Shown here piece after piece: positions 1 through 8,110 of a stretch of DNA of 16,663 nt. Below the pieces are notes generated by a model. The model had not been told where the DNA came from. It made no database searches and worked only from the letters and a program-made list of their open reading frames with translations. This stretch comes from Azolla caroliniana (taxonomy: Eukaryota; Plantae; Polypodiophyta): assembly GCA_043228905.1 (NCBI GenBank), contig JBHGNT010000731.1, positions 1 to 16,663 on the forward strand. Direction: 5' to 3'. Position 1 is the first letter of the stretch; each line of letters opens with the position of its first letter. The translations under genes and the position numbers were made by a program.

Positions 1-192
1 TGTAACTTTCTTCTTCATTAAGTAAAACAAAAAAAAGGGCATGTCCAACAAGAAGCAAGGCAGAGGGCAGCAAAAAGGTTCTGACACAGAAATATGTATG
101 GGAAAACCCATAATTACATATATATGTAGAGAAAGTGAAAGTGAAAAAACAAAAGTATGTAGAGAAAACGACAAAACAAAATTAAATTAGCT

Positions 193-267
193 ACAGTCAA
201 TGCCCGAACCACTACAGAGATTTGGGGGGGGGGGATTGGGGGGGGGTAGTGGTGCGTTCTTGACTGT
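193..267 (-). promoter_or_regulatory. Conserved HD-ZIP IV 3' UTR paired motifs forming an RNA stem-loop
   Basis: In mRNA sense, ACAGTCAAGAACGCACCACTAC (267-246) and GTAGTGGTTCGGGCATTGACTGT (215-193) give two perfect 8-bp helices. The cores resemble the GTCAAGAACG and GTGGTTCGGGnATTGACT motifs I recall from HD-ZIP IV 3' UTRs. Confidence 0.85.
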
Positions 268-490
268 TTGTTCATTCTTTCTTTTTCTCTACTGACAAAC
301 CCTAATTTGCTGCCCAACAAAGAAGATGAATCAAAATGGCCTCCGTAACTATCATGATTTGATGGGTGGGTCTTTGAGGGAGATATCAACATATGTCAGT
401 TTTGCTTGAAAATATGTTGATTTCCCCTCAAAAAACTGATGATACTAATAATGGATGTGCATGATAGATGAGGAGGCCATATCTAGCATA

Positions 491-530
491 TAGTAGTAGT
501 AGAAGTAGAAGTAGTAGTAGTAGTAGTAGT
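491..530. repeat. Imperfect (TAG)n microsatellite in the 3' flank/UTR
   Basis: tagtagtagtagaagtagaagtagtagtagtagtagtagt. Confidence 0.85.
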
Positions 531-652
531 GTCTCCTTTGAGTTTTTGTGATGGCAAAACGCACAAAAAAAAATTAATATCAGACTTCCAGCTCCCATTA
601 GAAGTTCTGCTCCGCCAGCATGTGGTGATCAAATAATGATCCCAACCAACAT

Positions 653-994
653 TCAGGCCAGGGCACTTCTGATCCGAACCACCGTGTTGGAGATGAGCTT
701 GTTCACAGTAGCCACCGATCCCAGAGACAATCTCGCCGTGGGTACATGGTCTACCAGAATTTGAAATGCTACGGTGAGCAACGAGCCTCCGGCATTGGAT
801 GTTCCTGCACGGGGCGGACCGTCTGGGAGGATGGCAAAACCAGAGGGCAAGAGGGCAACAGAATCAGGATCCCCCCCATTCAAGACTGTACTCATGGCCG
901 CAATGTCGACGGGGGCATAGACCACAAGAGAGCATGCCTCATCTGTACAGCACTCCTGAAGAATGAGCATGTTGCTTTGATTTGCCGAAATAGG
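653..994 (-). CDS. HD-ZIP IV exon 11 (C-terminal SAD; [11 protein letters not shown]...RIRSALA stop)
   Basis: ATGCAG acceptor; TGA at 655-653. Confidence 0.95.
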   Translation of the reverse strand, partial: PISANQSNMLILQECCTDEACSLVVYAPVDIAAMSTVLNGGDPDSVALLPSGFAILPDGPPRAGTSNAGGSLLTVAFQILVDHVPTARLSLGSVATVNKLISNTVVRIRSALA

Positions 995-3900
995 CTGCAT
1001 TGACATATATTGTTAGTCATCGATCGAGAAAGCTGGTTGATTTAAGCCATATAACAGTGGAATGAATTGCAGGCAGCTTACATTTACTCTCAAGAGAGAG
1101 ACGGAGTTGCCGGGGTCTTGGCCTTTGGCTAAGTGGAACATTTCTTCGACCACACCAGTATTGGAGAGGATATCCCACTAAATTTGCCACAAGAGAATAA
1201 AGAGAGATTAGTTCCAGGGAGTCTTTACAGTATGCCAATAAATAAACAGATTGTAAAATAGACCAGTTTGTAGGTTATTATTTTGAGAGATTGAGCTCCG
1301 GACGGTATACCTCGGTTCGGAAGCGTTCATCTCGAAGGAAGTTAAAGACCTGGGCAGGGGGTACTGGCAACCAGAGGGAAGTGGCGGCACTCAGCACAAT
1401 GCCCGGTGGCCTCCCGGGATCATCCACACTCTTGCGGATGAGCACTCGCACATCGTCTGCACCCCCACCATTGTTGCTACCTGCCAAGGTCACCCATGTA
1501 TGGGAGGTTGATGCACTCACTCCACTGCAGAAATTGTTGGTCATTCTCTCGGCCAGCTTCAGCATGCTTCTGCGACCTTCCGGATTCGGAATTACTGCAG
1601 ATTCAAGCTTTCAGTACAGAAACTTGATGGTAACAACAGTATAAATCCAACATACAAGCATTATAAATTCAAGACACAACCATTCTCTCTCACCACTCAT
1701 ATCTCTTGGTGGGACATTAGCAAGCACACTAGCAATCCTTTCACACTGCCTTTGTAATGAACATAGCCAACGCACTGCACCGAATGCCATGCCAGAATTG
1801 ACGAGCAATTTATACAATCCATGAACAGCTGAAGTAGGCGCCTCAGTATGTTCCACCCAAGACACCTGGTAATCACACAAGGATGCATTTTTTCTCACAT
1901 TGGGCAAAGTATAACTTCTCTTTCCTATTAGCCTTGGAGAATCCACAACCTAAACTTGAGAGGGGTTGATTTAAACATACCTTGGAATATCCACTCGGCA
2001 TTTCCTCAATAATGCATCCAGAAGGGCGCCTTCTACACCGAAGTGGGGTCGGAGAATTTGGATTTGCTCTAAGACTATCAACAGATACATCCACAATCAC
2101 CCACAAATGATCCACACGCTTGCAGTAGCGCAAGAAGTAGAATTCTCGAGTGGGCACAAGGGGCGAAGAAACTTGAAATTCAGCATACATCTGCAAATGT
2201 ATGGAAGCTGGACCATATCAGTCAAGCAGGGATAATAATGCAACAGTTCAGACGACGTAAACATTTAACCGAAAGATCATTTAGCGTATAAACATCTCTG
2301 CACACAAGATGTATTGCATAATTGGCATACCAGTTGGATAGCTCCATCATAGGATCCAGCAACTCCAGTCGAAAGCATTTCCAGAGCTTCAGCCCTTGAA
2401 ATGATAGAAGGAAACATTTCTGCCCAGCGATTCTGCACCATAAACAATAAACAGTTAAATACATATTATCCAAAGGGCATCACATCCATGAAGATCATTT
2501 GTGACATCTATGAATGAAGCTCACCACATCCATAAAACTCTCGATCAATGACTTAGAGTTCATGATAACCAACCCTGTGTGCCTTGAAGTGTCAGGTTTA
2601 AGGCCAACAGGAGTGGGACCAATGCCTCTCTGAAATCTCTGCAGATACACATCATGGTCAATGCTCTCAGAAGAAGGATTGTTAGGGTCATACGTCCAGA
2701 GAGGCTCTCCTGCCTGAGAAACCTGTAACAATTCTTCCATGGAGGCCACTGCCAGCTCCACAACAAGAGGTTTCTCGACTTCAGTTAGAGGGAATGATCT
2801 AGCAGTGGCAGCGAGATCTGTAACTCCAATGATACTATTGGATGCAGATTCGAAAAGCTGATTATGATCAGCTGGTTGTGGTGGAGGCAATGCAGTGGAC
2901 CCTTGGAGAACGTCTAATCCACTGGCATGAGATCTTGAGGGAGACATTTCATTCATTCCACCTTGCCGCCCGATGTACTTGGCTGCCATAGCTGTGATCC
3001 GGTCAATCTGCAACAGTTTAGAAGAAGAATGAGCTAAAATTAACAATCAGCCAAAGAATTTGGTTTTCTCGCAGAATGCAGTGGAACAGATGAAGATGAA
3101 TAACTCCATTACCTCCTCTCGTAGCCTCACGTTCTCGATCCTCAGCTGCTGTTCGTCAAACGACATCTCTGTCAGGTTTGCAGGTCCACCACAATTAGGG
3201 CAAGCGAGATTCCTCACCGCATCACGAAGTGCAAAGTTTTCAGCCTTGAGCTTCTCGTTATCTGACCTAAGGACACCATTGTCATGACGTTCATGGTGAA
3301 CCTGCAGAAACAGTCAGACAAAGAGAAGAAGCATTAGCCATGGGTAAGATTAGACAACAAAAGCTGTACAGATGGCGGCAGGCAACGTACCTTCATCTTG
3401 GTCCGCTTGTTCTGGAACCAAAACTTGATCTGCCTGGTCGAAAGCTTCAGCTCCCTGCCAAGTTCCTGTCTCTGCTTCTCGTCTGGGTGGGGGCATTCCT
3501 TGAAGAACCTGCAAAAAAAACATATTGCGGCACACAAGGTCCATGAATTCTGTTGCATTGCCATATCTGCATTTTCACTATTTGGAAAGTAGATCAGATA
3601 TACCTCTCCATTTCGTTGATCTGATGGAGTGTGTGGCGATGGTAGCGCTTCTTCTTCGGACGGCCACTGGCATCATCTTCATCCTCATCGCCTGCACCAG
3701 CGCCATCGCCATCCTGCAGAAGCTCATCACCCGAGCCGCCCCCCTCCGGGTTGTCGCTGCTGAATTTATCATCCGATTCCTCTTCCTTCAGTTGCTGCAG
3801 GTTCTGATTCTGCTCCCTTCGCGTCATCAGCGCAATCATCTCGTTATTCTCCACCGTCTGACCGGAGGAGGAGCCGCCATCGCCAAGAAAATAGAACCCT

Positions 3901-4280
3901 CCTCCTTCACCTCCACTCGGCGGCAGGTCGTACTGAAAAGCGTCTACGTCTCCAAGCTACACAAAAACAGACAGGCAGGCCAGGTAAATTAGGTAGATAA
4001 TCCAGTATTTCTTACTGATGGAAGCCAAAGAAAAACAGAGATTCTTGAGAATCCATGGCTGAAGCGGCCATGGAATGGGTGTGTAAGCAATGGAAGAGTT
4101 ACTTACCGGAGCAAGAGACAGATTTGATGATGGATGGTTGTTGTAGAGGTGATGCTGTTTGGGCAAGCTCGTCATGAGCCTGGGAGGCATGGAAGAGAGC
4201 ATGCTTCCATAGCCGCCAAATCCTCCCCCCATAGATCCAAAGTTGCTGGTTAGGGTTACTGTTTCCCCTCCAGGCGACAT
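653..4280 (-). CDS. Class IV homeodomain-leucine zipper (HD-ZIP IV; ATML1/PDF2/HDG/ROC-like) transcription factor, 11 coding exons, ~840 aa
   Basis: complement(join(653..994,1082..1177,1311..1594,1694..1865,1981..2190,2331..2432,2525..3007,3113..3301,3391..3508,3604..3956,4107..4280)) totals 2523 nt. All introns are GT-AG and the phases are consistent. Family motifs: [92 protein letters not shown]. The exact orthologue cannot be assigned without a phylogeny. Confidence 0.96.
1082..1177 (-). CDS. HD-ZIP IV exon 10 (SAD; [32 protein letters not shown])
   Basis: Translated by hand; ATTTAG acceptor, GTAAGC donor, 96 nt. Confidence 0.94.
1311..1594 (-). CDS. HD-ZIP IV exon 9 (SAD; [14 protein letters not shown]...[13 protein letters not shown])
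   Basis: CTGCAG acceptor, GTATAC donor, 284 nt; restores the frame. Confidence 0.95.
1694..1865 (-). CDS. HD-ZIP IV exon 8 (end of START; VSWVEH...[19 protein letters not shown])
   Basis: TACCAG acceptor, G|GTGAGA donor, phase 1. Confidence 0.94.
1981..2190 (-). CDS. HD-ZIP IV exon 7 (START; [16 protein letters not shown]...[18 protein letters not shown])
   Basis: TTTGCAG acceptor, GTATGT donor, 210 nt. Confidence 0.95.
2331..2432 (-). CDS. HD-ZIP IV exon 6 (START; [34 protein letters not shown])
   Basis: Translated by hand; TGCAG acceptor, GTATGC donor, 102 nt. Confidence 0.94.
2525..3007 (-). CDS. HD-ZIP IV exon 5 (end of zipper and start of START domain)
   Basis: [13 protein letters not shown]...[13 protein letters not shown]...GEPLW...LIESFMDV; TTGCAG acceptor, GTGAGC donor. 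Confidence 0.95.
3113..3301 (-). CDS. HD-ZIP IV exon 4 (zipper-loop-zipper, [22 protein letters not shown]...ACPNCGGP...[14 protein letters not shown])
   Basis: Translated by hand because it is absent from the ORF track; TTTCTGCAG acceptor, GTAATG donor, 189 nt. Confidence 0.95.
3391..3508 (-). CDS. HD-ZIP IV exon 3 (homeodomain helices, [13 protein letters not shown]...[10 protein letters not shown])
   Basis: TTTTGCAG acceptor, GTACGT donor, 118 nt; the frame fits both neighbours. Confidence 0.95.
3604..3956 (-). CDS. HD-ZIP IV exon 2 (acidic/Gly-rich region and homeodomain start, [17 protein letters not shown])
   Basis: Acceptor GTTTTTGTGTAG before 3956; an in-frame alternative acceptor lies before 3932; donor AG|GTATAT at 3603, phase 2. 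Confidence 0.85.
4107..4280 (-). CDS. HD-ZIP IV exon 1 (N-terminus MSPGG...PRL...NLSLAP)
   Basis: ATG at 4280 (alternative in-frame ATG at 4232); donor GTAAGT at 4106-4101; the PRL...LSLA segment resembles HD-ZIP IV N-termini. The start codon is uncertain. Confidence 0.7.
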
Positions 4281-4760
4281 CTCATCTAAACCTGATGATT
4301 TCTTTCTATCTTTACTTTCTTTTTCTCTTATATTTCTTATCTTGATTTTTAAGGTTGGGTCAGAAGAAGAAAAGGAAAGGAAAAGAAAAGTGCAGAGCTT
4401 CTTGCACCCCACAGAGATCACGGAGGCAGAAAACAAAAAATCTGCTTTTCCGATGCGTTTTTTTTTTCTTCTGTGGGATGAAGAAGCAGAGCAGGAAAGC
4501 TTGAGTCTGTATATTAAAACAGAAGGAATTATCTACCTTCTCAAGGGATCACAGGAGAGAGAGAGAGAGAACAGAAGATGGAGGATTGGCATTAGCATGA
4601 GTGTTGATAATGTGCATATATCATGGGAGCAGAAATCTGTGTGTCTGAGAAATCTTTTTCTATATATCTCTTATGTCTCTCCTCCCCCCCACCCCACACC
4701 CTTCATCAGACAGAGTTCTAGTTAGACCAAATTAGAAGAGAGGAAGGAAGAGGAAGGGGG

Positions 4761-4820
4761 ATGGAATGGAGTGCAATGGAATGGAATGGAGGATTGGCAT
4801 TTGCTGTGTCTTCTTCTTCT

Positions 4821-4852
<32 letters not shown>
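4761..4852. repeat. Compound simple repeats: (ATGGA)n-like, short (CTT)n and (TCTG)8
   Basis: ATGGA pentamers at 4761-4790 with one variant unit; (TCTG)8 at 4821-4852. Confidence 0.85.
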
Positions 4853-4853
<1 letters not shown>

Positions 4854-4998
4854 GCCTCACAGTGTGGCTGAGAGAGTAGCTAGCTTGCAGGTCTGAGTGA
4901 GAGAGTTAATGAAAAGCTAAGAGGAGGAAAGGGGGGAAGATATGGAAGGTGGACAGCTATGGCGGAAAAGGAAGAAGAGAGAGGAGAGAGGGCTCATA

Positions 4999-5004
<6 letters not shown>

Positions 5005-5046
<42 letters not shown>

Positions 5047-5092
5047 GAGGGGGAAGAGACAGGAAGGAGGGATGGGAACCTCTGACACAGGG

Positions 5093-5125
<33 letters not shown>

Positions 5126-5309
5126 TGGGGTCTAGAGAGAGAGAGTCTGATAGCGACTAAATGAATGAGAATGAGAGAGAGAGAGAGAAGAGAGAGAGAG
5201 AGGGAGAGGGGGGGTGGCCTTCATCTGGGCCGTTGGATGCTGCATGGGATCGGGCGGTGCACATTCACTCTCTATCAGTTTTTCTGCCTCTCTCTCTCTC
5301 TCTCTCTCT
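5005..5309. repeat. Cluster of GA/CT microsatellites (GAGA elements) upstream of the gene
   Basis: (CT)18 at 5005-5040, (AG)14 at 5095-5122, interrupted AG tract at ~5173-5202, CT tract at ~5288-5309. Confidence 0.9.
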
Positions 5310-5457
5310 GCTTCTGTGTGTAGGTAGGGTAGTATTATAGTATGGCTGCTAAAAACTGGCACTAACTCTGGCGGTTTATTGCTGAAAAGGCAGGATCCAA
5401 AGCCCCGCCCCCCCTATACTTCTTCTTCTTCTATACTTCTTCTTCTTCGCCTTCTTC

Positions 5458-5497
5458 TTTAGGGTTAGGGTTAGAGTTAGGGTTAGGGTTAGGGTTT
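5458..5497 (+). repeat. Interstitial telomere-like array containing a telo-box
   Basis: TTTAGGG TTAGGG TTAGAG TTAGGG TTAGGG TTAGGG TTT; 5489-5497 is the reverse complement of AAACCCTAA. Confidence 0.85.
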
Positions 5498-5640
5498 GGT
5501 TGGAACGTAGGAAGGAGGCTGAGTGCCGGCGGCCATATATTCTGAAGAAGAGAAGATGACGGTGGTTCGGCGGGCCCCGCCCGCCAAATCCGCTCCTCGA
5601 TTTTCATCATCTATACTCACTCTTTCAACAACAATAATGA

Positions 5641-6290
5641 TTTTCTTCTTTCTTCTCTTTCCTTTTTTCTTTTTATTTTTTTTATTTCTTTTTTTGAGCT
5701 TTTTTGTTCCTTTTTTTCTTCTTCTTCTTCTTCTTCTTCTTCTTCCTTTTTTCTTTTTTTCTCTTTCTTCTTTTTTCTTTTCTTTCTTGCTTCGTTTTTC
5801 CCTCTTTCTTTATTTTCTTCTTTCTTCTTATTTCTTTTATTTTTTTAGCTTTTAAGTTTTCCTTATTTTCTATTTTTTCCTTCTTTCTTTTCTTCCTTTT
5901 CCACTTTTTCCTCTTTCTTCTTTTTCTTTTTTCTCTTCCTTTTTTTCTTTTTTCTTTTTTCTTTTTTCTTTTTTCTTTTTTCTTTTTTCTTTTTTCTTTT
6001 TTCTTTTTTCTTTTTTCTTTTTTCTTTTTTCTTTTTTCTTTTTTCTTTTTTCTTTTTTCTTTTTTCTTTTTTCTTTTTTCTTTTTTCTTTTTTCTTTTTT
6101 CTTTTTTCTTTTTTCTTTTTTCTTTTTTCTTTTTTCTTTTTTCTTTTTTCTTTTTTCTTTTTTCTTTTTCCCTTTTTTCTTTTTTCTTTTTCCTTTTTTC
6201 TTTTTTCTTTTTTCTTTTTTCTTTTTTCTTTTTTCTTTTTCCCTTTTTTCTTTTTTCTTTTTCCCTTTTTTTGCCCTTTTCTTCTTCCTT
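5641..6290. repeat. Polypyrimidine/polypurine low-complexity tract with a (TTTTTTC)32 core and a (CTT)n run
   Basis: C recurs every 7 nt from 5947 to 6164; the flanks are almost entirely T/C. Confidence 0.95.
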
Positions 6291-6389
6291 GTCAGCTCGT
6301 AATAATGCCTTTTTCCCGATAAGTAAAGAAATATATAATTATAATAATAATATAACTACACACGTGTACGCTACTGTGTTTGTACGTAA

Positions 6390-6660
6390 GTCATATATGT
6401 ACATACACAATTACACAATATTATACGTAATGCTATGTATGTCTGCATGCTATATGTTATGCACGTATGTATGCATGTGTGCTATGTATGTATTATGTAT
6501 GCATGCATCCATGTGTACTATGTATGTATGTGTGTTTGTGTGTACGTTGCGTCCCATGCCTGCCTACATTCATTAGCCACCAACTCTTGCCTTTTTGAGG
6601 ATCTCTCTTGAAGTGGACGTGTAAGTGAGATCGGGTGTGTGTGTTTGTGTGTGTGTGTAG
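6390..6660. repeat. Degenerate (TATG)/(TG) low-complexity region
   Basis: Alternating purine-pyrimidine sequence such as tatgtatgcatg and gtgtgtgtg. Confidence 0.7.
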
Positions 6661-7279
6661 CCCCACCCCCCCCAACCTTTCCCTTTCTCCAAAAGAAAGG
6701 GTCGTCCCTCGCATCGCATTCATTTCACACTCGCTCCGAACCGGACACATCTTCTCTTCGTTTTGTGCCTCTCTCGATCCTTTTGCAAGTGGCACACCCC
6801 TATTCGTTTTGATTTCGATTTAATGTGTAAGATGAAAAAACTCAAAATAAAACAAATAAAATGGGAGGTGATGATTCCATACAATCTTGATATGCCACTC
6901 TATCATAGTGGATTATGTACCCGCCTTGTTGCGATCGTCGAACGCTAGATATTTGCAAGGGTGAGTGGTTTATCTAAAGGGCGCCACACACCCCAAAGAT
7001 GAGCCAAGCTGTCCGAAGCTACACTCTGATCTCTATATTGTATTGTTCCCATTTAATTGTATATCTCTAGGAAGGGACATAATTGCACACATACAAGTAT
7101 ATATGTATGTCTCTCCCCCTCTTCTTTTTACATCTCTCCATATCTCTTTCACTCTTGTTTACATCTCCCTCTCCCTCTCGTTGCTTTTGCCCCACCATCT
7201 CATGTTAATGCATCCTTTAACTCATCCAAGACCAAGTTGTTTGTGTTTGGTTCCACTTAATGTAGTGTGAAATCAAATC

Positions 7280-8110
7280 CAGTTCGTTATCAAATTTTCA
7301 AATGTCTCATCTCAATGTTGCTAGTTAACAAAGCTTTCATGTTCTCCTTGTCTTGTTGAGACTCTGGATTGATCTCTCCCTCTTTGACATTGGCCTTGGA
7401 AGGAGACTATAACATCTTATTGCACATCAAAAGACCGCAACCACTCATTGAGATCCAACATTTATGCAACTAGGTGATTGTCCATTTGCCAATTTCAAGA
7501 TCTTTCACCTCAATGAGTGCTCGCTCTTGGATCTATTGCATCTTGTTTTCCAAATGAACCACGCATCTTAAAAATAGTTCCTCATCAAACATCATGGCGT
7601 GAGTTGTTATTGAAATAGGAAAAATGTAGGTGCCACTTAATAAAGGTGTTTGCAATAAACACGTTCTGATGGTAGCACGCAAACACTAAAGTGTGGGTCT
7701 CATGAAAGAGGCACCAATCATCCTAAGGAGACGTCCACAAATTGGGCCTTCTCTAACAATGAGTTTGTTCATCCTCTTGGAATTGCTTAAGTTATCTCTT
7801 ATATCCAATTCAGCACTTGAGCATTTCTTTTAAATGTCTCTTGTTTGTAAACGCTTCCCAAGCGTACATGTTTGGATTTTTTTCTTATTTGCAATTGTAT
7901 ATTGGTGTCTCCCACACCACCACTGAGTCTGCCTATTACACTCTCTTAGAATGCTTTGCCTTTGACAATATTCGAGTTTACTTCCCGTGTATCATTAATC
8001 TACTCCAATCCCTAAACAAAATTCTCGCACATTCACTATGTGTACTCTTGATCACCAAAACTACAATTATTGAACATTGGGAGTCGCTTCTTAAATCCAT
8101 CCATAACATG
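7280..8110 (+). mobile_element. Possible highly decayed non-LTR retrotransposon (LINE; APE endonuclease and RT traces)
   Basis: LEGDYNILL at ~7396-7422 (cf. GGDFN), SFT...ARSWIYCILFS at 7501-7551 (cf. FT...SRIDR.L.S) and AFDNIRVYF from 7958 (cf. KAFDxV.W.F) occur in the expected order, with many stops and frameshifts. Boundaries are approximate. Confidence 0.4.

Noticed and set aside
114-392. 92-aa minus-strand ORF in the 3' flank
   Set aside because: Non-ATG start; its poly-Pro and Phe-rich parts come from the C and T runs of the UTR.
746-3992. Plus-strand ORFs at 746, 1291, 3060, 3340, 3398 and 3525
   Set aside because: Antisense shadows of HD-ZIP IV exons with no independent motifs.
4286-4300. 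CATCAG|GTTTAG as a 5' UTR intron acceptor just before the ATG
   Set aside because: The sequence upstream in gene sense is A/G-rich with no U-rich tract; it cannot be supported without transcript data.
4243-4725. 160-aa plus-strand ORF antisense to the 5' leader
   Set aside because: Non-ATG start, built from low-complexity AG/CT sequence, no recognisable domain.
5157-5165. TAAATGAA as an L1 box
   Set aside because: It does not match TAAATG(C/T)A.
5458-6290. Regular repeats as a CRISPR array or a true chromosome end
   Set aside because: No spacers, eukaryotic context, and the telomere-like array is only ~40 bp and internal.
5523-6576. ORFs 5523-5855 and 5704-6576 (Phe/Leu/Ser-rich, up to 290 aa)
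   Set aside because: They are open only because the T/C repeat lacks stop codons; no protein-like content.
5381-6600. AAAAGGCAGGA / TCTTGCCTTTT as terminal inverted repeats around the telomeric and pyrimidine block
   Set aside because: Only 10 of 11 bases match and no target-site duplication was seen; compatible with chance.
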